NCBI RefSeq assembly: GCF_018350175.1
Contig: NC_058383.1
Span: 14,696,001 to 14,760,000, forward strand
From: Felis catus
Lineage: Eukaryota
Direction of reading: 5' to 3'
Length of the DNA stretch: 64,000 nucleotides
Shown piece after piece: positions 1-12,721 of this stretch. How positions within the stretch are numbered: the first letter of the stretch is position 1; every line of letters begins with the position of its first letter. The position numbers were made by a program, and so were the translations under genes. Under the pieces are notes generated by a model. It worked only from the letters and a program-made list of their open reading frames with translations, was not told the DNA's origin and did no database searches.

Positions 1-521
1 TCTGCCAGTGGGGAGAGGGCGGTGGTACACTTTCTTTTCTTTTGGAGGGATTGCGGCCCCACCCATAGAGCCAGCTAGGGCTTAACTGGGATCAGGAGAA
101 AGCCTTGACCGTGCCAGACTTGCGGTTTGGTCAGGAAGAGGTGTGGTTTTCAGAACTCAGTCCTCAGAGGCTCCCATTTTGGGGAGCGAACCCCAGTTCT
201 GCCATTATCCTGCCCCTTTTGGCTTCGGTCACGGGGTCACACACAAGACTGGTAACAGTGACAGTTTCTGAGGCCACCCTGAACTTCTCTCGCCCTTTCA
301 TCAAGTCCCATAGAGGCTTTGTCTTAAAAGTTCAACATTTTTCTTTTGTTCTCCCATACCTAGGTCCCCCAAATCCCTCTACCAGCTCTGCACGGCCGTC
401 TTGTGCATCCAGACAATTGTGTGTTTATTCAATCATTTCTTTAGCGTGTTTTTATCTAAAAGTGTCCCTCTGTGCTATTTTGCCAGGTTGCCAATAGCAG
501 CCATGACCCCAATCCAGTTGG

Positions 522-645
522 CCTTCCTTCCTTCCGTTCCTTCCTTCCTTCCTTCTCTCCTGTCTTCCTTTGCTCCTTCCTTCCTCTGTCTTCCCATCCT
601 CCTTCCGTCCATCCCTCCTTTTCCTTTTCCACGTTCTCTCTTTTT
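522..645. repeat. Degenerate (CCTT)n pyrimidine-rich simple repeat
   Basis: ccttccttccttccgttccttcc... low-complexity tract. Confidence 0.8.
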
Positions 646-688
646 TATTTGTATTTGAGTCCACCTTTTCAAAAAAACAGCTTTACTG

Positions 689-873
689 CGGCACCTGGGT
701 GGCCTCAGTTGGTTGAGCATCTGACTCTTGATTTTGGTTTAAGTCATGATCTCACCGTTGGTGAGACCAAGCACCACGTTGGGCTCCATGCTGACAGTGT
801 GGAGCCTCTTGGGATTCTCTCTCTCCCTCTCCCTCTGCCCCTCCCTGTCCCAAATAAATAAACTTAAAAAAAA
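689..873 (+). mobile_element. CAN-SINE (older SINEC_Fc2-like)
   Basis: tRNA-like head, CT tract, A tail; TSD cagctttactg on both sides. Confidence 0.9.
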
Positions 874-1245
874 CAGCAGCTTTACTGAGGAATAATCAAC
901 ATATACTAAGTGATATGTATTTAAAGCGCACAATTTGGTAAGCGTTAACATATGTATATACTCACGTAAACATAGCCACATTCGATATAGTGAACATATC
1001 AATCACTTCCCCCAAGTCTCCTTGTGTCCCTCTGGTATCCCTCCACATTTCCCCTCCCCCACCCCACCCTTCTCCAACCCCAGGCAGTCCCTGACCTGCT
1101 TTTCCTTCTTCACTGTCAATTAGTTTGCATTTTCTAGAATTGTATATGCATAGAATCACACATTACGTTTAGCTTCCCGTGTCTGGCTTCTTTCACTGAG
1201 TATAATCATTTTGAGATTCATCCCTGTCGTTACATTATCAATGGG

Positions 1246-1475
1246 TTTTTTCTTTTTTTTTAAATTTTTTTTAACGTTTATTTATTTTTGAGAGAGAGAG
1301 AGACAGAGCATGAACGGGGGAGGGGCAGAGAGAGAGGGAGACACAGACTCTGAAACAGGCTCCAGGCTCTGAGCCATCAGCACAGAGCCTGACGCGGGGC
1401 TTGAACTCACGAACCGCGAGATCATGACCTGAGCCGAAGTCAGACGCTGAACCGACTGAGCCACCCAGGCGCCCC
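1246..1475 (-). mobile_element. CAN-SINE (SINEC_Fc)
   Basis: Full-length reverse complement ending ...gagccacccaggcgcccc. Confidence 0.95.
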
Positions 1476-1695
1476 TGTGGTTCTTTTTTTCTATTGCCGT
1501 GTAGGACGCTATTGCTTGGATATGCCACAATTTGCTTATCCATTCACCTGTCCATGGACAGCCGAGCTGTTTTCAGTCTTCGACTATTATAAAGAAAGCT
1601 GCAACGAACATTCACGAGCACACACAGGCTTTTATGTCTCTCGGGAAAACATCTGGGAGCAGAATGGATAGATCCTATGACCGGTAAATTTAAAT

Positions 1696-1697
1696 AT

Positions 1698-1736
<39 letters not shown>

Positions 1737-1738
1737 TT
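1696..1738. repeat. (TTTA)n microsatellite
   Basis: Tandem tetranucleotide run. Confidence 0.95.
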
Positions 1739-1747
1739 CACATATTA

Positions 1748-1940
1748 TTTTTAAAAATGTTTATTTATTTTGAGAGAGACCAAGCGAGAGCAAAGCAGGA
1801 GAGGGGCAGAGAGAGAGGGAGAGAGAGAGAGAGGGTCCCACACAGGCTCTGCACTCTCAGCACAGAGCCCAAAGCGGGGTTCAATCTAACATCAAAGTCA
1901 GGAGTCAGATGCTCAACTGACTGAGCCACCCAGGTGCCCC
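1748..1940 (-). mobile_element. CAN-SINE (older subfamily)
   Basis: GA tract and ...ctgagccacccaggtgcccc end. Confidence 0.9.
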
Positions 1941-2325
1941 TCTTTGGCCATTTTTAAAAATTGAATTGTTTTCAGATGGCTGAAGTTTGAGAGTTCTTTA
2001 CATATTTTGTATACAAGTCCTGCCAGAACGTATTATTATATATGCAAGTATTTTTCTCCAAGTCTGTAGCTTATATTTCCCTTCTTTTAAAGGGTTTTTG
2101 GCAGAGTAAAAGCTACTAATTTTAATGAAATATGATTTACCAAGTTTCTGTTTTCCTTTTTCAGATCATGCTTTTGCTGTCATAGCTAAGAAATCATTGC
2201 CTAACCCAACATCAAAACAATGTTCTCCTATAATTTCTTCTAGAAGTTTTACAGTTTTGGTGTCACATTTAGGTATGATGCATTTTGAGTTAATTTTTTA
2301 CATGGCGTGAGGTACAGATCCAAAT

Positions 2326-2359
<34 letters not shown>

Positions 2360-2367
2360 CGCGCACA
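2326..2367. repeat. (TG)n(CG)n compound microsatellite
   Basis: tgtgtg...gcgcgcgcgcgcgcaca. Confidence 0.95.
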
Positions 2368-3139
2368 TATCCAATTATTCCAGGGCCATTTATTGAAAAG
2401 ACTAACCTTGCTCCACAGGATTGCCTTTCCACCTTTGTCCTCATCACCTATTTTGCCCCAGGCACAACATCACCACCTACTTCCTTCATGCTGGTAATGA
2501 CCATGGCAAAGGCAGAGGGCTGAGCCCCGCATGAAGGTAGTTTCCAGGTTAGCAGGAGCTGCTTTGAGAAGTCCCACGAAAAACTTCCTTGACATTATCA
2601 GGTGGGGTTGCCCAGGTCCATAAACCACATGCTAGACAAGACCCAGCCTCTGTCCCCTCTCTTCCTGCACAGGGGCCCGTGTGGCACTGGCAGGAGAGGA
2701 GACGAGATGCCAGCTCAGCTGATTCCTTCTGAATCCTTTCCTCTTAGATTGGGTGATCTCCTTTTCAAAGGCAAGTGGGTGGGGTACCTCTTTCCATTTT
2801 CAGCAACCTCAGTGGGAGTGAGCCCCTCTGTGGCAGGAGGGACAGAGGGCTTCTCCTTCTCTCTTGCAGTGGCAGAAACAAAACGCCTCCAGGACCTAAA
2901 CACTCCCGTTACCGGAGAGCTGTGTACCAGAGAGTTCATCAGACTTTTCCAAGACCTGGAAAAAATACTCCCTTGGGTTCTAAGGCTGTTGTCCTTAGTA
3001 TCCTGGTATCCTCGGTATCTCTTCATATACAACATAACAGGCACTCAGCATTTCTCTGAGTGTGAATCAGAAGTCAAGAGAGAGAAGTCAAGAGAATCAC
3101 AAGTTACAGCCATGTGAACCCAGGAATCATTTCATTCTT

Positions 3140-3266
3140 TAAAAAAAAAAAATGTTTCTTTATTTGTGAGAGAGAGAGAGAGAGCGCGAGTGGGGGAGGG
3201 TCAGAAAGAGGGGGACAGAGCATCTGAAGCGGGGAGCTGTCATGACCTGAGCTACCCAGGTGCCCC
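3140..3266 (-). mobile_element. Internally deleted CAN-SINE
   Basis: SINE ends present, middle missing; TSD aat(c/a)atttcattct. Confidence 0.85.
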
Positions 3267-4053
3267 AATAATTTCATTCTCATAATGTGTTGCCTATATC
3301 TGAATATTTGTATGAGACAGTCCATTTTACGCTCCATGCTTTGGGTTAGCGTAAGGTGTCTGAAGGAGAAAAGGGAATCTTGTAATCTAGCTGAAAAATG
3401 CTTTTGAAAGTTAAGTGGGCAAGGCTGCTGGCCACCCCAATAGTGTCTTGGGGGTGGGGGTGACCACCTCCGTGGACCGGGCTGAAGCTCTGCCCACCAA
3501 ACCCCCCAGGTCTCCTCCCATGGTCAAAACCAGGAAGCCAGATCTAGAAGAGCATTGATTAGTGAGCTGTAGGCAACAGCCAAGGGCAGTAAGTTACGTC
3601 CGGGGAGAGAAAGAACGGTGAGAAATGGACATGAGCTGTACCTGGATCTATGTTTTATTTCTTCAGAAACAAAGAGTGCTCTAAAGCCGATGTAGCAAAA
3701 TGTTAAGGTCTGTTCATCTGGATTGCTTGTTAATTATTTTCTGGGCTTGTCTGTGTGTTGGAAATGATTCATAATTAGAGATTAATTTTTAAGCAAAACA
3801 AGGCTAAAAAGAAAGGCGAAACATTATTAGTGACTGTCTGAAGAGTAGGCTAGTTTCCCCTCCTAGTTTCTACTTTTGTGCATTTTCTGAAAGCTTTATA
3901 TTGCGTCTTTATTATTTTTATAAATGGGAAAAAATAATCCCACTTTAAAGCCACAGAATATCATCAAGTGAGATAAATAGGGATGGACTGAGGAAGAAAA
4001 AAGGATCCAAGCACAATGCTGATAAAGTGGCTGCTAAAAAAAAGCATAAAATG

Positions 4054-4271
4054 GGGGCGCCTGGGTGGCTCGGTCAGTTAAGCGGCCGACTTCAGCTCAG
4101 GTCATGATCTCACGGTCTGTGAGTTCGAGCCCCGTGTCGGGCTCTGTGCTGACAGCTCAGAGCCTGGAGCCTGTTTCAGATTCTGTGTCTCCCTCTCTCT
4201 CTGCCCCTCCCCTGTTCATGCTCTGTCTCTCTCTGTCTCAAAAATAAATAAACGTTAAAAAAAATAAAAAT
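4054..4271 (+). mobile_element. CAN-SINE (SINEC_Fc)
   Basis: Full length; 16-bp TSD aaaaaagcataaaatg. Confidence 0.97.
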
Positions 4272-6260
4272 AAAAAAGCATAAAATGTGGTTAAAGCCCG
4301 CTAATTTGTACTTTACTTATTCTGGTTAATGTTGGACGATTTGGTTGACCCTCGCACAGTTGGTTCGAGAAGACTTGCTTATTACTACCAGGTGACCCTC
4401 CATCCTTAATTCTCAGGCTATTCTGGAGCCCAACCCCACCGGTCACGCGGGTGGGGGACACATCGCTTGTGCGTCTGGTTTTGCCTGCCAGGGAATCTCC
4501 ATTCCAGGGCCTTGTGGGCCCGTCAACTGGCTGAAAACCCACCCTGTGGAAGCAATGATTCAGCAAAAAAAAAACAAAAGGTGAGCAAAATTGGAGGAAG
4601 GCTCTTCAATCTACTTAAGAGAACAAACTCTTTTAATAGCTGTTAGCTCATGAAGTGTTGAAATGTAAATATTGTAGCTAATTAAATACAGTTTTATTTA
4701 TTCCTTTTAGCAGATCCAGCTGAACATCCATCACAGAATACATTTTTAATGAAGAAAAGAGCTTTTTTTTTTTTTTTTAAAAAAAAAAAGGATTTGTTAA
4801 CACAGACTGGCCTCTTTTTTTGATTAGCGTAAGAGATCATAAAGCCTCATTTCCCCGCGTCTCTGCGGCCTGTAGGACTTTCTCAAACAAATATTGGGAA
4901 ATGTCCAGCCCTCCACCTCTCCGGGCCTGTACCCACACAGTTCAATGCGGCTGGAGCAAAACAGGTGGCCTTGTCTCACTGGAAACTCATCAGCCCCCAC
5001 GCTGCATTTTCCTGTGCATGCTCGCCTGCTCCCCTAGACAAGGAGTCCTCACCTCTGCCTCTGTCCCCTCCCGCACACCTACGCCTCCATCCTTTCTCTC
5101 AACACTGATTTGAGCTTCCTACTTTACTGAAAAGTGTTAAATTGGGTGTAAGAGAGCACCCTCAAGGTCCCGAAACACCCCCTGCCATTGCTCTGCACCT
5201 GAGTCGGTGCACCTGTCCTTCTCTTCTGTGCCCCTGGGAGGCCCCCCCCCCCAGCCTTACTTGTAGCTCAGCCCCACTCATTTCTCTGAATGTCTTCTCT
5301 CTATCCTGGATCATCAATTTTCCTCTCTACTGGATCTTTCCCGTCAGCATACAAATGAGCTGTTATTTTTCTTACATTATAAGAACAAAAGCGAAAACTA
5401 AAAACCTGTCTTGACCCCGTTTCCCTTCCAGCTACCTCTCTAATTCTTGTCACGGGAGAACTCCTCCACAGACCTGATGATGCTCACTGTCCCCCAAACC
5501 TCCTCCTCCTGCTCTCTCATGAACCCATTCCAGCACGCCACCCCAAGCCTCTCGTCAAGGTCACCAATGGCCTCCGTGTTGTTAAAGCCAATGGTTATTT
5601 CTCACTTGACCGACGACGAGGAGGGTGACAGTATAATTTGTTGCAATGCGGATGTTGACAGTGAACATGACACGATGATACCTGTGGCAGGATAACAGGT
5701 GGGACTCCAGAACTGTGTCCAGCAAATCAGGAAGGAGGTAGGATTATCTGGCCTGTCAACATTTGTGACACCTTGAAATCCCTTCTTTTGTCTTCAGGGA
5801 TGCCACACCCCTAGATCTCTTCCTTCTCTGCCTCGTGTGTTGGTTCCTCCTCACCACGGAGACCTAAGAATGTTCAAGTGCTCAGGGGGGTGCTAGGAAT
5901 GCTTCTCAACCTACCCTTACCTGCCACGAGACCTCGTCTAGTCTCATGGCCAACATACAGGTGATTATCAGAGACGCGTCTCTGGCCCGGACCTTGCCTC
6001 TGAACTCCAGACCAGGCATCCCATTGTCTCTTCCACTTTTTCACACGCTTGCACGTTTCAGTGAATGCCTGGGTCAGTCCTGCCAACTGCTCAGGCCCAA
6101 ACCCTTGACTCCAGTTGGCTCATCCCTCACTCCTCCCTTACACCTGACACCCAGAAAAACCCTCGTCTCTACTTTCACAGAGTATCCAGAACTTGACCGT
6201 TTCTTCCCACCCCATCGGTACCATGCTGGTCCAAATAACCATGAACTCTTATTGAGGCCA

Positions 6261-6599
6261 CAGTTGATCTGTGAACAACACAGGGGCCACTTCCAGGAGA
6301 ATTTTTCTCAGTAAACTCAGCACAGGACTGTTAATGTGTTTTCTCTTGTGATTTTCTGAGTAACACTTTCTTTCCTCTAGCTTACTTTATTGTTAAGAAT
6401 CAACATAGAATATATATAACACACAAAATACGTGTTGATTGATGGTTATATTATCAGTGAGGCTTCCAGTCAACAGTAGGCTATTAGTAGTTAAACTTTT
6501 GGGGAGTCAAGGGTTATACCTGGATTTTTGACTGCGTGGGGTGACTGCACCCCCATCCGCCCTACCCACCCCCCCCCGCCATTGTTCAAGTGTCAGCTG
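6261..6599. mobile_element. Tigger2a-like TcMar DNA transposon
   Basis: Degenerate terminal inverted repeats cagttgatctgtgaacaa / ttgttcaagtgtcagctg; internal ggtcaacagtaggctattagtagttaa-like motif. Confidence 0.85.
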
Positions 6600-6940
6600 T
6601 GCTGCGAAAGTCTCCCGACTGGTCCCCACTTCAGACCTTGTGCTCTATCTATGCACCACACAACAGTGGGATGGCTCTCCAAACGAGAAGGGACTTCCTC
6701 ACTGTGGCAGGTAAGGTGGTACTCCCCACTTTCCATCTCTGACTTCGTCCCCTGCACCTCCCCCACACCACATAGATCTCCGTATTATTTTTGGACCACC
6801 CTAGACGTGGCTCCTCCTCAGGGCATTTGTGCATTCTATTCCCTCTCCTGGAATGCTCTTCCCTCTGCTTTCCCATGGTTTGTTTTGTGCCTTTCTTCAA
6901 ATGTCACCTTCTAAGAAATAGTCTCAGATCTAGTTAAACA

Positions 6941-7139
6941 AATTGTTTTTAACGTTTATCGATTTTTGACAGAGAGAGACACAGAACGCAAGCAGGGGAG
7001 GGGCAGAGAGAGAGGGAGACACAGAATCTGAAGCAGGCTCCGGGCTCTGAGCTATCAGCACAGAGCCCGATAACGGGACTCGAACCCACAAACCTGAGCC
7101 AAAGTCAGATGGTTCACAACTGAGCCACCCAGGCGCCCC
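6941..7139 (-). mobile_element. CAN-SINE
   Basis: Reverse SINE; TSD tctcagatcta. Confidence 0.92.
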
Positions 7140-7246
7140 ACTCTCAGATCTATTTAAATGACAACTCCCCTGTCCCCAGCATGACCCATCATCTTGCCCT
7201 GCATTCCTTTCCACCATAGTCTATTTCATCTTCTACCAGTCTAGAT

Positions 7247-7442
7247 CAGCACTGTCTTCTAGAACCTTCCGTGATAATGGAAATGTTGATTCTACCCTGT
7301 CCCAATATGGTAGCCACTAGCTACATGTTCCTGTTGAACACTTCAGAGTGGCTAGTGCAACTGAAGAACTTATCTTTTAATGATATTTAATTTTAATTAA
7401 TTTAAGTTTAGATAGCCACATGGTACTTATGGCTACTGTCTT
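7247..7442. mobile_element. MER3 hAT-Charlie MITE
   Basis: aatatggtagccactagctacatg...gtggctagtgcaactgaagaact...ttaattttaattaatttaa. Confidence 0.85.
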
Positions 7443-8206
7443 ATACTATACCATAATCCCTTATTCTCCCACTCATTTGTCCAGAGTTGGCTGACTTTAA
7501 ATATGATCTTCATGACAGTACGATCCATAATACACTTATCCCCCTCCACTAGAATGTAAGTTCTGCGAAGGCAGATTGCTTCTGTGCTCAACACGTCATA
7601 GGCGTTCAATAAATACTTGCTGAACGAGTGACCTTTACCTCAAGTGTATCGTTTGAAGGGCCAAACTTTGTTTCTGTTTTCAACACTCTTAGAAATTCTT
7701 CACAGACTCTATCTATGTCGTTTTCTTAATTTAGTGCCAGAATATATTGTTTCCTTGCAATTTCAATGTCACTATTCTGTACATAAATTGTGATGTTGCA
7801 ATAAATTGTGTCCTCAGAGACCGTTAATGTCATCCCTTCGTTCTCTACACCAGATTGCTAGGTTTTTATAGACTACTAACTGACTATTTATCGTTAAGTT
7901 CTTCCTACTGCTGTCTTTAGTATGTGCCTTACTTTTCAACAGAGGTAACTGGATAAGGCTTGAGGGTACTTCTGTTCTCCCCCCAGAGCTAAATTCACAG
8001 GATTTGTGATGACTTTTATTGCGGGTACATTCAGAGTCTATTCAAAGAGGTTGGTTGCCTGGAAATGCAAGGGCACTTACTACTATTCCTCTCTTAGAGA
8101 TTAGAAATTAAAATCCAAGACGACAATCGCAGGCCAAGGAGCTGGAATTAAACTTTGAGTCCAATGTCCTCCCATCTAACCCAGTCCTGCTCAAAGATGT
8201 GGTTCA

Positions 8207-8430
8207 GGGGCGCCTGGGTGGCTCAGGAGGTTAAGCGTCCGACTTTGGTTCAGGTCATGATCTCACGGCTTGTGTGTTCGAGCCCCGTGTCGGGCTCTGG
8301 GCTGACAGCTCAGAGCCTGGAGCCTGTTTCAGAATCTGTGTCTCTCTCTCTGACTCTCCCCTGATCGCACTCTGTCTCTCTCTGACTCTCAAAAAATAAA
8401 TAAACGTTAAAAAAATTTTTAATAAAAAAA
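8207..8430 (+). mobile_element. CAN-SINE
   Basis: Full length; TSD aaagat(g/a)tggttca. Confidence 0.95.
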
Positions 8431-9879
8431 AAAGATATGGTTCAAAACCACTTACTAGAAATCACCTGCTGTGGCCCTCCCACTAAACTTACTGGCTCAG
8501 AATCTTGGGGGCAAGGGTTTGAAACTCACTGTGCTATTTACTTGCTGGCTAGAAGTACTGTATAATGCTATTCTTTTTTTTGAGTTTTTATTCCACCGGG
8601 GAAAGAATGATGGTATTTTTATTAGGTCCCTGCTCATAAACTTGTAGCAACTGCTGTTGCAAACCAAATGAGGATTTTAAGCACTGATACATTTGTTCCA
8701 CGGATCTGCCTGCCCTGTACTGTTAAGTAGAGACGTGATTGATAAAAAATATGTCTCGGGAACAGATTACAGGTCACGAAATACTTCTAGATTCTCTCGC
8801 TGCCTCCCGGAGAGCGCAGAGATCCATTTGTCAAGTATGAAGACCTCAGAGGATATCGTTGCCATCAAGATTAACCATGGGAATGTGAAAGGTGATTATT
8901 CCTTGAGGTAAAACAAGGTCACCTGCAGCAAAGGCAAACGCACGTGCGTGGCCGCGAGGCTCCCTGTGCTCCAGCTTGCGGTCCAGAGCTCGCAGCCTGG
9001 GATGCCAGCCTTGGCTCACACGTGGACTGGCACAGCCTTGCATTTGGGGTTGTCTGTCCACAGTTTCCAGTCACTGCAGCAACCAGGTCCGGAGGAACAG
9101 AGAACAAGTCCCTTGTTCTGCGACTCCCCGGGGCCATTTCTAGCAAGAAGCGATCCTGGCAAAGCTTTTGGTCTTTAAATGTGATTTCTGTGACTTGGGA
9201 TGGGACAAGGCAGGTCTAGGAGTCCAGGGTTCAGTGGGAAGTCTTAGATAAAGGCTCCGAGTGGGACACAGGATCTGGAGAATGGGTTAGTAAGGAGCCA
9301 CCTGTCTCACCTTGGAAGGGGAGAAAGGGTTGGGTGGACGGAGGGGGAGGGTTGTTAATGGAGCCCAGGTAGGTTCTTACCCCACACGCTGGACAGGCTC
9401 AAATTCCAGAAACCCCAGAAGCGTCTGTCCCTGGGAGAGTGCACGTGCAGATTGTGGCTTTTGTTATTTCCTGCTCAGTCCACTGTGGCGAGGAGAAGGT
9501 CGCGCCCACAGACCACGGTCCATAGGAAAGGCGTGCCTGCTGATCAGCAGGTTCAAGGTCAGGAGTCAAAAGGAAGCCTACATCCCTGCTTCCACAGGAG
9601 TTAATTTAGCAGCTGAGAGGCTCAGGGCGTCTGGCCAAGAATACAACAAGGGACTCCCTGTGCTTCATGGTAGGTGAATTCTTGGCAGTTAAAAAAGGAA
9701 AAAGAAAAGTCTTCTTATGAGCGAAGAATCTTTACTGGGGAGCATAGAGCTAATTTTTGGCGTTCCTTGCCATTCACGTTACGACAGCACACTGGGAGAC
9801 AGCTACAACACCCTGTTTAGCAAGGGGGAAGGTTGAGATTTAGCAGAGTGAAGCCAGAACCAGAATGGATCCGCCTAAA

Positions 9880-10022
9880 ATGCTTAGAAAAACTCAGTGA
9901 GAATTCCAGACATGCTAGCCGTTTGTACTAGCTGAAGTTGTCCAGTTCACACGGGGCAGAACCAAGATCTGAACCCAGACCCGTCTGACCTGGAAACTCG
10001 GGCTCTGACCCTCTACGCCATT
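9880..10022 (-). mobile_element. MIR fragment
   Basis: ggcagaaccaagatctgaacccagacccgtctgac...gctctgaccctctacgcca. Confidence 0.65.
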
Positions 10023-10199
10023 ACTGTCCCCAACTATTAATATTTGTCATTTTGTTTGGCTTCCCGGTCAAAGATGAAGAAGCCGCCCGAGTAGGCGCGC
10101 CCGCATTTGTGTTCTGGCTCATCACACTCATGTTTTCCCCGTGGCTTCTGGGCTTCAGATATCCAACTAAGCAATTGGAATCCTTGTTCTTTTTTTTTT

Positions 10200-10300
10200 T
10201 TTTAAGTGAAACTAATAAGAAAAATTTATTGAGATAGTAATTTGTGTTTCCTTCATGCTTGCAGAAAGATACTCCAAAACATGAGAACAATGCATTAAAG

Positions 10301-10341
<41 letters not shown>

Positions 10342-11378
10342 GGAACATATCAATAGATGCTAGAAAGACATCTAATAAAAATCAACAGCCGCTAACAAAA
10401 ATCCTGATTAAAATAAAGCTAGAAGGAAACCACTTAAATGTGTTCAAGATCACCAAAGTCCAATAGTAAATACTGTTCCACATGTTGAAATAGTGGAGCC
10501 ATTTCGAATTAAACAAGAATCTGACAGGCGCGTGTGCTTTTGCTATATTTTTCAGCACTGCTTTGCAAGTTCTAGTGAAAGCAGGGGAACAAAGTGGAGA
10601 AGTGTATAAAGGCAGGAGAAAAAGAAACACAGTTACATTTGTGCTGGAAATGTCATTGTTGAAAATTACAAACTACTGGAATTAATGAGAATTTAACAAA
10701 GTGACTATGTGCAATATTTACTTGTCTTAGGGTTCTCTCCCAATTCTAGAAACGAGGAGAATCTAGAAATAGAAATGGAAGAAGGATTTAACCCAATACA
10801 GTGGTCCCAAACTATAAATTATTCAGGAATAAATCTGACAAGAAAGTCAGAGAAGTTTTATGAAAATAAACCAATACAATCCAATTTATGATAAATGAGA
10901 AGACGCTTTACAATCTCAAATGTGAACATTTAATGTTACAAAAATGCCAATTACCTCAACACGAATATATAATTTATTGCAATTTCCCATTGGAAACACA
11001 AGCTTTTTTTTTTTTAATTGGATGAAATTATCTTAATGCTCATTTGAAAGAACAAATGCTCAAGATGAGCCAAGAAAGTCTGGAATACAAAAGCTAATTA
11101 GGGGGAATTCGCCCAATGAGATTGTGTAACACATCAGCATGTGTTACCATCTGAATGCACCCTCAGACATTAGCATGCATCAGAATCTCCTGGGAGGGCT
11201 TGTTAAAATCTTTAAAACAGATTGCCGGACCCCCCCCCCCCAGACTTTCTGATCTGCGAGGTCTGGGATAGGGCTCAACAATTTGCATTTCTAACAAGTT
11301 CCCGGGTGATGCTGATGCTGCTGGGCTACAGGACATTCTTTGAGAACCATTACTGTAACAAGTCAACATAACATTGGC

Positions 11379-11411
<33 letters not shown>

Positions 11412-11480
11412 CATACCGGTGAAATAGACAAGAAGCCAGTAACTACCGAATGCATATGAGTATTTAATAAATGACAAAGG
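10200..11480 (+). mobile_element. Old L1M ORF2 remnant; includes (CA)n at ~10305-10340
   Basis: A-rich decayed L1 motifs (atcaatagatgctagaaagacat, aggaataaatctgacaagaaa). Confidence 0.6.
11160..11353. mobile_element. MER5A hAT-Charlie MITE
   Basis: atttgcatttctaacaagttcccgggtgatgctgatgctgctgg...tttgagaacca. Confidence 0.9.
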
Positions 11481-11641
11481 CTATCCATAAGGTGTGACTA
11501 AGAAAAATATGCTGCGTAAAAATTTGTATAACGTGGTCTTAATAGTGTGTGTGTGTGCGTGTGTAAGTATATATATTTTGTATATATGTGCCTGATGAAC
11601 AAAGGTTGAGGGAAACGAAGACAGGAGAGAAGAGGAAGAGA

Positions 11642-11850
11642 GGGGCACCTAGGTGGCTCAGTGGGTTAAGGGTCCGACTTTGGCTCAGGTCATGATCTCA
11701 CGCTTCGTGAGTTCGAGCCCCGCATGGGACTCTGGGCTGACAGCCCGGAGCCCGGAGCCTGCTTCGGATTCTGTGTCTCCCTCTCTCTCTGCCCCTCCCT
11801 ACTCGTGCTCTCTCTCTGTCTCTCTCAAAAATAAACATTTTTTTTAAAAA
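11642..11850 (+). mobile_element. CAN-SINE
   Basis: Full length; flanking duplication aggagagaagagga. Confidence 0.93.
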
Positions 11851-12721
11851 AGGAGAGAAGAGGAGAAATAGAGAGTTCAGTCAAAAGGAAAAGAATAAAG
11901 CAGCACTAAAAAATTACCCAATATATATGATATTATCACACCGAGGCATTTACATAAAATTACACCCGGCCATGATTAATGATGTGCTCACACGGAGTTT
12001 GAGCTATGACCCAAGGACAATAGAAACTACATTCCAAAGTGAGATGCCAGACATTCCCATTTATCTTTCCCTCCACAAATAAATACTAAATGGCTCCTCT
12101 ATATGAGGCTCTGATTTGGATGGGGAACAAAATAAAGTCCTCTCTCTCACGTGGCTCACATTCTAGTGAACCTGCACCGTGAGGACTTAATGAAAAGGAA
12201 GGTGAGGGAAGCTTGTTACTGGGCTCTGGGTGCTCACCCCCACCACGGGGGTTGGTGCCATCTTGGGGAGAGTATACTCAGAGAGAGCCATCAGCGGGCT
12301 GTGAGTCCTCCTTCCTGGAGACGGGAAGAGGGGGACACCCGCCCTTCCTCTCAAGCCTTGCGGAGGGTCTCCCGTGAGATTCCTGCAGCTCCAGCACAGA
12401 GGGGACTGTGGTGTGATGTCTGCCTGGGAAATCTAAAAGGCTGGCTAAGGGGTAGAGGACAGGATGGGGGAAGGAAGGAAGAGCGGTTGTGTTGGGTATT
12501 CTCTACTCCAGAAGTTGTGGATAGAGGTAGAGTGACCACATCCCTTTTTCATCCCCAGTGGGGCCCTTTTGTGCATGAACGTATTATGCTGGGCAAACAG
12601 TCATGCACAGGACAGTCCTGGGCAAACTGAAAGAATAGCCCCTGTACACACAAGACAAGTTCCTCATGGACCAGATGGGCCATATGAGACAGAGCTGGTA
12701 TGGGAGTATCCGGACGGCCAC

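Larger units (their letters stand above)
672..2440 (-). mobile_element. Old L1M (L1MB/MC-like) 3' fragment interrupted by three SINEs
   Basis: Antisense L1 3' motifs (cagctttactgag..., ttttgagattcatccctgt, tttcttctagaagttttacagttt); no ORF. Confidence 0.75.
5040..7632 (+). mobile_element. L2 LINE remnant with nested Tigger2a, SINE and MER3
   Basis: C/T-rich L2 motifs (ctactggatctttcccgtcagcatacaaa, cttgaccccgtttcccttccagctacc) and L2 3' end ttcaataaatacttgctgaacgagtga. Confidence 0.75.

Noticed and set aside
2602..3117. 171-aa plus ORF and overlapping 109-aa minus ORF in unique sequence
   Set aside because: No recognisable domain and no convincing exon structure; length is compatible with chance.
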